Positions 13,401-26,370 of a DNA stretch of 64,000 bases are shown in pieces. The notes under the pieces are model-generated. The model was not told the origin of the DNA. It worked only from the letters and a program-made list of their open reading frames with translations, and did no database searches. The number at the start of each line of letters is the position of its first letter. Position 1 is the first letter of the stretch. Origin of the DNA: Polymyxa betae A26-41 (Eukaryota > Protista > Endomyxa: Phytomyxea). The stretch covers positions 62,001-126,000 of the forward strand of contig RBZT01000656.1 of the NCBI GenBank assembly GCA_003693705.1, read 5' to 3'. A program made the position numbers and the translations under genes.

Positions 13401-16400
13401 TTTCATCACAGAATCTTGATAATATCGTACGTCGTCAATGGGCCTCACAGCTTTTGTTTGCTTCTTCCGATTATGAGAATCAACGTAAAGTCGCTCATGG
13501 AATTATCAGTATTTTGAAAGAAACTTCCATGTGGCCGTCATTATCCCACCTTTTACTAGGATTCGATATCACTTCTTCGAACACCGATACGAAACTCGTG
13601 TTTGCATCTGATGGTTGCTTTTCTGCGGTTATTGATCTTGTCGACAAGCCTGGGTTAGCCTTTCCCTACTTCGATTCTCCTTATCTCAATGCTTTCAGGT
13701 TCCTTAATGCTTCTGCTGATGTCGCCGCTTTCGGTCTAAACCTTATTTGCTCTTTGTTGGAAGATCCGGTTACCAGCAGGCCGATTTTTGAATATATCAA
13801 TTTGCATCGTGATATGTTCTTTTGTAATTGTCTGGAACGCTTGCCGTTGCTGACACAAGGCATCGATTCTACTTTTCAACGAACTCACTACTTCCTTCAA
13901 GCGGCGTAAAAATCTGAATATTTTTGACTTATGCAAAGGGTAACACGAATGCAGGTGGCTTTTGAAATCCGTCGCTCTTGATCTTCATCTTCGTCGTGGT
14001 GATCGTGTTCTTGACGAGAGCTGTGCTATTTCCTATCTGGGGTTACGCAATGGGACTTCGGCTTCCCCTTTGATATTGACAGTTCTTGATGCGCTCCGTC
14101 CTGAAATTGCCAGTGAACTTCCTGAATTTGGCGGTTTGGATCGGCAGTCATGTATCGCTCTTGGCAAAAATGTTCTGATGTCTTGCATTGACACCGAGCC
14201 GAACGTCTTCTCCAGGTACGTGGCCACTTTCAATGACCATTTTCTGACACCTTTTAGAGCACACAAATCGTCAGGGGAATTTTTTTGGAAGGTTCCCAAG
14301 CTTCGCTCCGCTGCATCGCGTGCTGGATTGAATACGGCTGCTGTTGAAAAATCTGCTCTTTCATTCAATGAAACCGTTCGTCTGTTGTCCTCTCTCCGTC
14401 TGAGCTCACAATCCTGGGCGCAGCTGATCGAGGTAATGTACTTTATCGAGTTTCAACGGCAAACGATATCAGTTCTGAAAAACTGTTACTGACTGTTCCC
14501 TCTATTCAGGTGTGGCTTCTTGAACGGGACCTATCAGAACTCAATCCTACACTCTTATTAGACCTTCTGATTGCTGTTCTTGGTAAAATTTCGGATCCTG
14601 CTTGGTCGCAATCTAGTTTATGTTTCGCAAATGCTGCTCTTTCGTTGATGGTCCACATTCGAGCCATTTCCACAAATTCGATTATTGCTGTTGATCATCG
14701 CATTGTTCAAGGGATACTTTCTGGCATTGTTAATAATCAGAATCATCAAACCCGCGCTCAGCTTTGCGCTGCTTTCTATACGTAATGTTTCGATCTTGGC
14801 AAGACTCTCCGTTGATATTGTTTTGACAGCTACATGGATTTCATGTCGTCTGTGGAATATGAAAGAGACTGTGGTAGCCGTGGTAGTGAATGGGCGCTCG
14901 TTCAGGCTCTCTCTGACCTTAACCTTTCTCCCGCGAATCTGATTCAACGCATCTGCGATCATGCTTTATCAAATAGCGCTTCTATTCGAGCATTAGCTAC
15001 GGCTTTCCTCTGTGCTTATCCACTCGAGCAGCTCATTCCATTGCTTGAACAAACATCACAGGTCTATGGCAGCTTTGTTTCTATGCCCCGACTTACTTTG
15101 CTGCAGCTAGTTCGGTTTGTTCAAGGGATTCATTCAAGTTCAGATCTGCATTCTGCAATATGTGCGGATCCTTTGAATTACCATCTGATTCTTTCTTTCG
15201 AATCGCATTTCCTGTTCCTTCTCCATATATGTCAAACCGTCACTGGAGCTCGGGCTCTCGTTAGTGCTGACATACTCTCTCGTTTGGCTAGTTGCGAATT
15301 TTTCGATTTAAGGCCGCCAGAGATTTCACAGTCTCAATATGCAAATGGGCATCCAACGGCCATGCAAAAGTATTTGCAGGTGAGACTCCTTCTGATCCTG
15401 GTGTATTTCTCATTTGCATTATAGCTGACAACTCCCTATCTTCGTTTAATTGCCTCGATACTGACTGCGCTCCCTCATCGGCATGACGTCCATGAGAAGA
15501 TTGTTGACATTGTTTTGGTGCGTTACCTCAAGCCATTCAATGCCATTATTCAAAGCTCCAAGTCATTGCCTGAAAGTGTCGAAGGTTTAATCTATTTGAT
15601 CCTGTTTTCATATTATTCAGTCGATGATAGCTTATCACGCAGCAACTGCAATTGTTCTTTGTTTAGCAACTGGTCCTGTACATTCTCGCTCGGAGATTGC
15701 TACCATTGTACAATTCCTTCTTCAGCAGTTCCCAGTACAAGCTGTCGTTTTCAGGAATTCTACCAACGATGTCATTGTACTGCTAACTTCTCTAAATCCA
15801 TACTCAAATATTTCAGATAGCAACCGAAGTATCTGATGACCGCGGACCACTCTCCTTTGCAAAAGAAATCACTCGGGATATGGTAATTCTCTGCTCATTT
15901 ATGGCCCAACGAAGGCTGCTTGTTTTCGATCCAAACATCGATCCCAAACTTGATCGTCAAGAAAACGTATGATGACAATTTGTGTTCGAGTCTGCTTACT
16001 TTACTAATGGGATTTTTACTTGCAGGATCTCATAGCGTCAGCAGCAGATGGCAAACTGCCTTTAGGAATTGTTGTGTACTACCTCATTCCTGGAGCGTTG
16101 ACACTATTGAGAACTTCAAGCTCGAAAAGATCCCAACTGGAGCAGTCGCTTGCAAATGCACAACGCCATGTGTCGGCAGAATCAGATGGTTTATATGAAG
16201 ATGATAGTAACGGTAGTGAAGTAACGTCAGTTGGCAAACATTCTCAAATCTGTTTAGCAATTCCTCGGAATCGATTAACTTCAGCCCTAAAATCTGCTCA
16301 AAACGAAGTTCAGCTGGCGATTGTTATGGTCCAGAACTGCTTGCAGCTTATATACTTATCCTTGCAGATTTTCTCATCAGCAACGCTCGAGTCCAAGCAA

Positions 16401-16598
16401 ATTCTGAATCATGTCGATCGCCTTCGAGAAATTGTCACCAAAGTCGATGCTGCTTTCGGGGCTGATTTCATGGATGATCTCATCGACAAGCAATTAAGCA
16501 AGATACGACAGGAGCTAGATCTGACGTATGGACAAAAGTCAAATCCTGTTGTATCTACTATTGCCCCTGCGATTCCTCTCGCTTTGGAATCTCGTTGA
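10459..16598 (+). CDS. NUP205: Nucleoporin Nup205/Nup192, many exons
   Basis: EARDGSFPLTRSFISLL...GAPLRAPGISPYLNFVRTYVFSKINGRTY...EKWKVA resembles the conserved Nup205 segment (YPLTRAF...GAGLRPPGFDPYLQF...EKWEVA). Long helical protein spanning ~6 kb. Confidence 0.85.
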
Positions 16599-18007
16599 TT
16601 CCTCACTGTTAAATATAAATTCCGAATGCATTCATACGTGTTTTTATGTCCCCCGAGTTTGTCATCCCTCAGCTTACGAAATTCTGATTTGCGTTCTGTA
16701 CATACTGGCCTTGCAGAATTTGTTAAACTTGGGTCTCAAAGCGTTGATTGTTACGCAGTAGGTACATCAGAACCCATCTGTGAGCAAACATTCTGCTGCG
16801 TTCTGTCCAGGCTAATATAGCACTTGGTTGGTGATGAGCCGCCGATATACAACCGGCTCGTTTGACAGCTGGAAATAAATGAAGCTCTGTTTCGATAGAG
16901 TATTATAACCACGATTCAGTCTTTGTTTAGTGTTTACACATACTGTAAATAAAACAAGATTAGTACCTGCACCTCAATGGAGAACAAATCCGGAATGAAG
17001 CTGACCAGCATTTACCGACATTGATATCGAAGGGTTATAAAAGAAATCGCCGTTCTCAGCATTTATAAACACGATATGATCGTGGTTCGTCATCGCGCTC
17101 ATTGCGGTATTAAACAAGAACAAATCAAGGGCAATATATCTTTCGAGAACGGAGAAATTTGGTGGAAGATCAAGTTTTCATAAAAGCAAGATTGAATTTA
17201 AATTGGTTTTTGATTGGAAGTGCAATGGTAGAGACAGAATATCAACTGCATTATTGATTATATTTGCAGAAGAGGAAAGAATGTGATAGAGATGGCTGAG
17301 CTCTGTCAGTTTAACATCGATAAAAACTTATTCCCGAGTCTTGAAACCATTTTCCATTCGGAAGCGATCCCTAGATAAGAAGGGACCATACATCACCCCG
17401 AATTTGTCGATTCTATAAAGAACGTCCAAGAACTACGAAATGGTAGTTGACACTCGCCAGATGACTGAATTAAGAAAAGTTTCTACGGTCAGGTCCAGAT
17501 GGCGTCACAAGATGGCCAGATCGGGTGTGTTCGAAATGTTCAAATGACGTTGAAACTCGAGATGGAATTCACAATTTCTGACCGAGACAAGATCTGACAA
17601 ACTTTCATACAGATCCGAGTCCATATTGGACCTAGAGATACGAATGCAATCAGAAGCAAACATTGAATCATGGAACTGTCTTCAACGATTAGTAGCCGAG
17701 CTCTGCAAGCTGCTTGGCCCCGATTTCCGATGCTTGCCGCAGAAAGCCGCTGGTTTCCCTTTCCGTGACCAGTGCGATAAAGCAACCTGAATATCTCTCT
17801 CTCTTGACCAGATTATCGGTTTCATTATTCATAAAAACGTACGACGACATTTCCAGTGTACGATTTGATAGCATCGGCTGCTAGACAGAAGATTGGCTCT
17901 GATGGAAGCGGATGAGTTTTCCTATCTTCGTTTCATCTGTCGACTTTTGAGTCAACAAGGTCGCGTGTCCGCCAGGTCGTACTGCATTTTGGGAAACCAT
18001 TCAAACA

Positions 18008-18306
18008 TGGAACAGCCTAAGCAACCATTCTGTCAGGTAACCTTCTGCTGCTGTCTATCAGTCCTTACAATCATGAGTGCCATATTGGCCATTGTTATCG
18101 CTACCTATACGACCCTGGATATCACACTTCTGGTCGTATCCTGCGTCTTGATTGCAGTTAATATCAGCACGTTGAAAATCAAAGATTACAAGTGGAGATT
18201 CCTGGTGTTTGCTGCTAATATCTTCTGCCTGGGCATGTTCGCATATTATCTCTATAGACCTGAACCTGATGGAAGAAACAAAATATTTACCATATTTAAC
18301 AACTGA
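18008..18306 (+). CDS. Small hypothetical membrane protein (~3 TM)
   Basis: ATG-initiated 99-aa ORF with three hydrophobic stretches; no family recognised. Confidence 0.5.
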
Positions 18307-18416
18307 TACACAAATATTCCATTTGTGCTTTGCTTTTTTTTGCTCAAGCGATATCTGTATAGAGTGTTGATAGCGTGTCGTTGCTGTGAACATCGAGATG
18401 GTCATGTATTGATGAT

Positions 18417-19205
18417 TTACATAATAACCAGCTTATTCACTAATTCGCTCACATCCGAACGAACATAATCTTTCAACTCGTCTTTCGTAACCCAGAGGTA
18501 TTCTTGACCATGGACGGAGCCACCAGCGTAATAACATCTCAGGAAGAATACCTGTAAGCAATATTCAGAGCTATGCTTTACGCTCCAGGCAGATAACGAT
18601 TCACTTTATCATGATCAGATTCTAGATGAGCGATTGGAGCCTGTCCAGTGAATGAGACTTCCAAACTAGAGCCAGCAGATTCTGTGATAGCTCTTTCTGC
18701 TGTTTGTCTGATAGTTTCTGGATCCTGAGTCCAGGTTGCCTCGGGCAGACCCCAAGAACAGTCTTTCTGCTTCAAAACCAAAATCAACGATCGATCCAGC
18801 TTCCGATTCGTCGACGTTCGAACATCGAGTCGATCATCCTGGAATAGATTAAATACTATTCAATGTCTGTTGCATATAACTAAGGTACTTCGGTGATTCG
18901 AGGAGCTGGAGTAAATCGCTCTTTGACTCTCACCATATCCGGTTGAGACATTCGCTCATCCAACTTATCTTCCAGGATTTTCGGGATCGGCTTCGTATAC
19001 CTGACAGCATTATCAGGAACCATTGCAGAAATTATGTGAAACCAGATCCTGACTTGACGTTCAGTTCATGCTGCATCTCCTCGAATTCCTGCTCCCAGGG
19101 CTCAGAATCCGGAACTATCACAGGCAATCGTTCAACGATCGTCGCTGCCTTAGCGGTTCGGTTTGCCGACGATGAAAGCCATCTAAGACTGCCTCTAATC
19201 ATCAT
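18417..19205 (-). CDS. MRPL46: Mitochondrial ribosomal protein mL46 (Nudix-like fold)
   Basis: Spliced product reads IVERLPVI...WEQEF...PAPRITE...RKLDRSLILV...WGLP...ETIRQTAERAI...KVFF...YLWVTKDELKDY, with an Arg/Ser-rich N-terminal presequence. Confidence 0.85.
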
Positions 19206-19285
19206 TTGGAGATGATTTTAACAGTCTGAGCAGCAGCCCCCATCATGTCCGTGTGTCTCCTATCACCTTACTACAACCATCCCTC

Positions 19286-19315
19286 CTCTCTATAACGACA
19301 CTCTTTATAACGACA
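19286..19315 (+). repeat. 15-bp tandem duplication CTCT(C/T)TATAACGACA x2
   Basis: Seen directly at 19286-19300 and 19301-19315. Confidence 0.7.
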
Positions 19316-19989
19316 GCTCCATAGAAGCCCGGTAATGTTACTTTACTAACAACCAGACACCATATCGACTCTCTTATCTCATCAAGACTTCAATCCTTTC
19401 TATGAAAACTGAAATGCATCGCCACACCCTGCTGCCCAACAAAGTGGTGCTCTAGCAGCTGAGAATGGCAATACATGAACGCCTCGGATGCGGTCCAAAG
19501 TAGCAGCCGGAGCCGCCTTTGGAGTATTCTATTGTGATCCTGCCGTATAGAGTACCACTGGCAAGAAACAACCCGTTTAACACGAGGCAGGGGCATGTAT
19601 GACCCCGTTGTTCTGTGATGACATACCGTATTAAAAGCAGCAGCTTGTTTTTGATAGGTGTTCTCAGCAACGACAAATCTTACATAAAGGCACATAAAAC
19701 GGCAACTAACCGCTTATTGCTCTACAAAAGATTAATCAACATAGAAGTATAAAGTCGATTTAGATGACTGTAGGTCACCATATCGGTTTTAGCATTACAG
19801 GTTTTGAGGGTCGATTGCGCCTCAGAAGCGAAGCTCCCTGTGAAGCTTCCTGTCGAGAGAGATACGACATTTCTTGAGTCAATGCATATCTCAGGAACAT
19901 TTGCATGAGTCATGGTGATATGGTGCCCGGAAGACGACAGCGAATCGCAACGAAATCGGGGCCATTTCAGCTGCTGCTGCTCTGCACCG

Positions 19990-20493
19990 ATGTCGTCGCC
20001 ATTTCGCGCCGTCTCTGTCGTCACGTTCGTGATCGCGATTCAGTTCGGGATTTATGCCCAGGACTTTTTCGACGACGATCTCGATGCCGACACCGACTTG
20101 ATCACCATCCGGCATGATCATGACGACAGCGACGGGTACGACTTGGACCATCACGACGAACACGGCCTCGGTGGCGTGTCACACGGTGTTCATTCACTCA
20201 AGGCAAACGGCGTCTTCCTGCAGACGTCGGTCGGCCAGGTCGAACACTCCGGCTCCAGCAACGAACACATCGATCGTGGCCACGAACACATCCGTCTCGA
20301 AGGCGACGAAATTGCCGCTGCTAAGGATAGCCTGGTGTCGAACGAGGCGCCCTCGTTGACACCACCAGCAGGCTTACCTGATAATCAGCAGGTTCACGTC
20401 CCCGACTTGACCAATCACGCGCTGCCAGAGCATTCGCAGTTCACAGGCTTGCATGGCATGACGACACCGTCGATTCTTGTGCCCAACACATGA
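19990..20493 (+). CDS. Secreted His/Asp-rich protein
   Basis: Signal-peptide-like MSSPFRAVSVVTFVIAIQFGIYA, then DFFDDDLDAD...HDHDDSDGYDLDHHDEHG. Single exon with GC3-rich codons. Confidence 0.7.
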   Translation: MSSPFRAVSVVTFVIAIQFGIYAQDFFDDDLDADTDLITIRHDHDDSDGYDLDHHDEHGLGGVSHGVHSLKANGVFLQTSVGQVEHSGSSNEHIDRGHEHIRLEGDEIAAAKDSLVSNEAPSLTPPAGLPDNQQVHVPDLTNHALPEHSQFTGLHGMTTPSILVPNT

Positions 20494-20774
20494 ACCAGCT
20501 TTGAGGAACTTGTTCCATGAGTATCCACATCGCTGATGGCGCATTACGACGAACGCTCGTAAGGTCGCAGCAACAGCGCAGCTTTTCGCTGAAAAAAAAC
20601 TCTTGATGCATTTCTGAATTTGGAGCCATGAAGATGAAAGATCTCCCCAAGAGAATCCCGTCCCACGATGGGTAATTTGAGGAAACCCGCAATAAACTTG
20701 TTGTTTGGCATTTTCGTCGTTTTTCTCTAGCGGATTGCGATACTGCAGCCCGAAACACTATCTAGACCTTTATC

Positions 20775-21704
20775 ATGTCTGAAATAGCTCAACCAAGAGC
20801 AGTTTCAAGATTGATATCCCATTTAGGCATATTGGAATCTTGCCAGGCGTATTGTTTACGAGAGCAAGTTCATAATTGTATGCGATTTCAAAGAGAGCAT
20901 ATTCACAGCTCAAATATGAACTGATCGGTCATGGCTCGATCTATTTCGAAGAGGCGCATGATTTGGTCGGCAACATGATTGCCGAAATATCTACATTTGC
21001 GGGCCAATTTGCAGATATTTTGCTCGATAAACAGCCTCTGTACTCAGATGTAAATCTATTCTTGCGTGTCGCTGAATTGCTGGCTAACGTCGTCGGATGG
21101 TAGTAAGAACTACCACCTTATGAATGATCTACATCAATGTAACAATTCAGATTCCTAGCAGAGATCAAGACTGATTGGACTTTGTTCAGTTTTTATGATT
21201 GTTTGCTCAATATTCACATTGATGATCCTCGGGGCCGTATTTCAATGGCGTCCCCGGAACATTCACGACGCCGATCACAAGAGCTTATTACAAGCGAGAA
21301 TCAGGCGGTCCCAGAGAAAACAAGAAGCTCTACATATGCGCGCTTATGAACTCAGAATGCAACTGGTCGAGACGCAGCAGGCAATCCAGCAAGAAATCGC
21401 CCTGACCCACCTGGTCTCTGACGACAAGGAGAGAAGAAAGCGGCAGCACGCTCGGCGAAAGAAACGGCGGAAGTCGTCGCTGGACTTGAAGACATGGATG
21501 AGCCATGCAGACAACGACGACATCTTACTGAAGATCACCAATGAGAATGACGCCATCGAGTCGCGTATTGAGATCAGTATCTCATCATCATGTAACGATA
21601 TCTCAAGTGCTGATGAGTCAGAGAGCGACCTCCTTCCACTTCCAAGGAGGCCGCGTGTACCTCGACTTGACCTCTCTCGTGTCTTGCGACCTCTGATTGT
21701 TTAA
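20775..21704 (+). CDS. Hypothetical protein with one TM segment, coiled coil and basic cluster
   Basis: ORFs 20876-21103 and 21195-21704 can be joined by short introns; hydrophobic IVCSIFTLMILGAVF; RRKRQHARRKKRRK. Confidence 0.55.
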
Positions 21705-21771
21705 TCAACCATAATAAAATATATTGACCATGGCAATATCGATATGGCGATTGGAATTCATAATTTGAGAG

Positions 21772-23253
21772 ATGGGAACCCGTTGTAGGATGAAAATATC
21801 TAGATTGGTTGTCGCCCTATGGTGTCTGGATTTGGGCCTGATATACATCGGCGGCAGGATGTGATTCAAAGCCTGCGAATTGGGAAAAGCCAACGCTCAG
21901 ATCGGGATATAGAAACGATCTTGAATTTCATCACGACCAACTGCCGAGCCAGTATATTCCGGCACATCTCGCAGGACGCTCTCAGCAAACTCTGTCGTGG
22001 CATTACATTAGAGGAATATAAGCCAGACCAGGTCATCATGCGGCAAGGTTCTGTTAGCGATTTCATGCTTATTTTGATCAAAGGAAGAGTAACAGCTAAC
22101 AACATTCACATCATTAACATTTGCTTTTTTAACAGTTTTTAGGTGGACGTGTTCAGAAATCAGAGCGGATTTGGATCGAATACTGGCAAGTTTATCATCA
22201 ACATAAGCAGACCGGGAGATTTCGTCGGGGAAATGGGTCTTATGGAGAGCGCTCCCAGAAATTCAACTGTTATTGCAACCCATGCGACATGGTGCATGAA
22301 AATCGACGGGAGCCGAAGTCGAAATATCATTAAGAAGCAGCTGCGTTCCGAGCAAATCGCAAGAATGCAGAAAATCGCCGCACTATCGTATTTTGATTCA
22401 GGCAATGGAGCCAGTTCCGAAGAGTTCATTCGAGAACTATCGCATACGTTCAAATCACAGACGCTTCGAGCTCGTGACGTACTGTTCAAAGAAGGAACCA
22501 TCGCCGATGAGGTTCGCTTGATGGGTTTCGTGTGATGTTCTTTTACAAGAAAGCTATAGGTCTCGTTCATAGTTAGTGGAACTATTGGCCTTAGAAAACG
22601 TGACCTAAATTGTAAGCTGATCTTTCGATATCGCTTGTATTTGCTAAATGAGGAATCGGAAAATCTTAGGTGCAAAACCATTGCAATCACAACTGTTTGT
22701 ATGTCTTGCTGGGGTTGGAGAGATCATCGGTGGTGAAGCACTGGAGCCGCTACTTTCAGAGCCCAGATATCGATTCTCTGCCGTTGCTGAAACGACCGTT
22801 GAGCTGTTCACACTTACACGCGCTGCTGTTCGAATTCTGGACCGGAATCTGTGCCGTGATCGCATCTGGAATCTGTTCCAAATACGCCAAGCAGCTCGGC
22901 TGGAAGCAGTGTTCGTCAGTTTTATCGCGAATTTATCAAGATGTCTCTGATTTGGATTCAGAGCGGATCCGCGACGTCTGACCGGAACAGCGTTGAATGA
23001 GTCTTTGAAAGCACAGAAAACCAGGGCGATTAGCGGTGAGGACAGGAAGCGATCTCAGAAGACAGTGTCTCTGGACCAAGAGCTTCTCTGTCTTCCAACA
23101 TCGAACGTCGGATTACGATTTGCACCGAATCCACCTTGTCACCGTTGTCGTGCTAACATAACTGGCATCCGACCTTTGTCCAATCGAAGACTGATCCCCC
23201 TAAGATACACGAATGGCCACTTAGCCGAATGGCATCAGAAAACCGGGCAATAA
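21772..23253 (+). CDS. Cyclic nucleotide-binding domain protein (two CNB domains)
   Basis: YKPDQVIMRQG...MLILIKG and GDFVGEMGLMESAPRNSTV; second domain VLFKEGTIADEV...GEIIGGEAL. Start uncertain. Confidence 0.75.
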
Positions 23254-23934
23254 TGACCATTGTGACCATCGAGGAAATTCGGCAGGCTCTTCTGAATCTT
23301 TTCAATAAAGAACCAAAGCGAATCTCATTGTCAGGTATTGGCTGAAATTTGTTAGAGGTAGCCTGCACGTAAGTGAAAATCGTCATCGCTCAGGATCATT
23401 AGAGACACAGGTTCAAGCATGGCACATCAGTCAAAGCGAGCTTGTACGACATCCTCTAGCTCGTATGAACAGTCCTATTCATAAAACAAGCTGCTCAAGA
23501 TGAAGAGATTCGAAAGATGTGGGAGACCAACGTTTTGTGCAATCTTCGACCATACTTCAATAAGAATGTGTGTTTGACAAAAAATGGCGACAGCGATTTG
23601 CTCAGCAAAGGGCGACTTAAATTGCTTAGCTGCAGAAAACACTCATCGAGGAAGGTCATTGACGAGCAACCAGGCGCCTAAGTTGCAACCTTCCATAGTA
23701 CAATACCAGCATTCAGCAACATTTGCCGTCTCTTGCAGACGCAGATAGATCTTTAAGACGTCAGTAAAGAATCGTCAATGCAGTTCTGTAAACTTCAACT
23801 GTCCATCAGCCATGCCTGGTGACGAGTTTCAGATTTGAAACTCTGTGAGAATGATTTGGGCGAAGAGTGCGCAGTGTATAGCTGTAATGTCATCTCCATA
23901 TTGTCTATAAAGGGGAGATAGATACACATAGTCA

Positions 23935-26370
23935 ATGAGTAGTGTGGTTCAATTCACACCCTTGTATGGTGCCAGCGATATCGATCCACTCTGTTATCTG
24001 CTCGAACTAGACGACTGTAAAATCCTGCTTGATTGCGGATGGGACGACCATTTCAACGAGAAGGACGTCGAAGCTTTGGGTCGGGTCGTTAATGACGTTG
24101 ATGCTGTTCTCAGTAATACGATCTATGCTATCTCTGGCTGTCTATCTGATCAATGCTATCAGTATCACATCCGGATATTGCTCATATTGGTGCATTACCT
24201 TATGCTATTGGGCAATTAGGTCTGGATTGTCCAATATTCTCCACACAACCTGTATGGAGAATGGGCTGGATGTTCATGTATCAGTATTTCATTATCCTCG
24301 ACAAATATGCTGATTTATAATCAGGTATGATGCCTGGCAACGATTAAATGCTCGAATGGATTTCGACCTTTTTTCAAGTAAACCCGCGATTTATCAATTC
24401 TTTTTTCCATTCTAATCAAGAAAACAGTCGACGACGTCGATGCAGCATTCGAGAAGATCACGAGCGTGACATATTCGCAGGAGTGTCGTCTAACAGGACG
24501 TGGTGATGGTATTACAGTGACACCTTTTCAAGCTGGTCATACACTGGGTGGTGCTATCTGGCGTATTGTGAAAGAATCTGAACAGATCGTCTATGCAGTC
24601 GACATCAATCATAGACGAGAACGGTCCGCCATGTTTTTGCATTCGCTTCCAATCCCGTTTTGATCCTCAATGCTAGACATTTGGATGGAACGGTCTTAGA
24701 GACAGCGTGCCCTCGACCTTCGGTCCTCATTACAGACGTTTATAATGTCTTAAAGCATGTGCCGACCAGAAAGGAGCGCGATGCACAGCTGTTCGATGCG
24801 ATCAGAGATTGTCTGGAAGGCGGCGGTAACTGTCTCATGCCTGTTTTCACAGCCGGTCGTGTCCTGGAACTCCTCGTCTATCTGCATTCGCGCTGGGTCG
24901 CCTCACGATTCGACCAGAAATACGCGATCGCTTTCCTATCCCATGTCGCCTTCAACACGATCGATTTCGCGCGAACCTATTTGGAATGGATGAGTGAGAC
25001 CTGCCAGAAACAATTCGATCAGGCTCGTGAATCTCCTTTCGATCTGAAACACCTTCACGTAATGAGCACTCATTCTCCTTAAATCGCTCTAACATTATCT
25101 ATATAGATCTGTCAATCAATCGAGGAAATCGATCGACTCAACCAGCCTGTGCTTGTTCTAGCTAGCTGTCCCTTCATAGAGTCCAGTTTTGCTGAAGATC
25201 TGCTAATTCGTTGGGCATCTGATCAGAAGAATCTCGTATGTCGTGCAACCTCATCGAATCTTCAATCTGATCGGTTTCGCCTCTCAGATTATGCTGACCT
25301 CAGCTCCGAGAGTCCCTTGTATAGCGTCGACGTTGCTTCAGGTACCGCCGCCGCCTTCCATCGAGATCGTACGTCGGTTTCGAAAGCCTCTGGAAGGCGA
25401 AGAACTTCGCGAACACGAAGAGAAGCGCAAAGAACAGGAGGCCAGTATGGCACAAGAAGAATCCGAATCTGAGTCCGAAGAGGAGGATGAGGCCGATTTC
25501 GATGAGCGCGTCGGCGCCGCCACTGCCATGTTCAAACGTCGCCTGAAACTCGTCCCGACCTATCCGATGTTCGGCTTCAAGGAGGTCGTACACGCCAGCG
25601 ACATGTACGGCGAACAGATCGAGTTCAGCGATTACGTGATTCCCGATATGAACCCGGTCAGTGATGGTGTACATCCGGCTGGGCCAGCAGGGACGGCGAC
25701 GGCCACGATACCAGACGCCGCTCCTTTGCCAACGATTCCCACGAAGTCGCTCACCGAGAACGTCCCCGTCGCCATCAACTGCAAAATCGCGTTCGTTGAT
25801 TTCGAAGGCCGAATGGACCAGAACTCGATCAAGAATGTGATCAAGAGGGTGCAGCCAAGGAAGACGATCTTGGTGCATGGACCGGATAAAGGCAAGGACC
25901 TCGTGATGCAGTTCATTGAGAGCGACCTGCCGTCCTCGTCGACGGCCGTGGCGCCCGATAATTTGCAGACATCGGTGATATCGGCAGAGAAGAATGTATT
26001 CAATATCAAGCTGCGTGATTCGTTGGTGAAAAACTTGCGGTTCGTTAAAGTTGACGATTACGAGGTCGCCTATGTCGATGGGCGAATCGTGCAAAGTGAC
26101 GAATCGCGACATCCGGTGCTGGAGGCGACCGGCTCCACCATGTACGAGCGGCCGGCCGTCTTCCTGGGCGGTCCACGAATGGCGGATCTGAAGAAAGCCA
26201 TCACGAACGAGGGGATCGGAGCCGAGTTCATATCGGGTGTGTTGGTTTGTGAAGGCGGCGAGGTCAACATTCGTAAGGTGACCGACCAGCAAGTTAGTAT
26301 TCAGGGTGTAATTGGTGAACTCTACTTCAAGATCAGGACCATCGTTTACAGTCAATATACGATTATTTAA
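23935..26370 (+). CDS. CPSF2: Cleavage and polyadenylation specificity factor 100 kDa subunit
   Basis: [13 protein letters not shown]...[60 protein letters not shown], and C-terminal [12 protein letters not shown]. Confidence 0.97.

Noticed and set aside
19420-19600. CCPTKWCS resembling the hAT transposase PTRWNS motif
   Set aside because: A single short motif surrounded by stops; not enough support.
25300-26355. 351-aa antisense ORF opposite CPSF2
   Set aside because: It mirrors the codons of a GC3-rich conserved exon and has no recognisable motifs; a typical shadow ORF.
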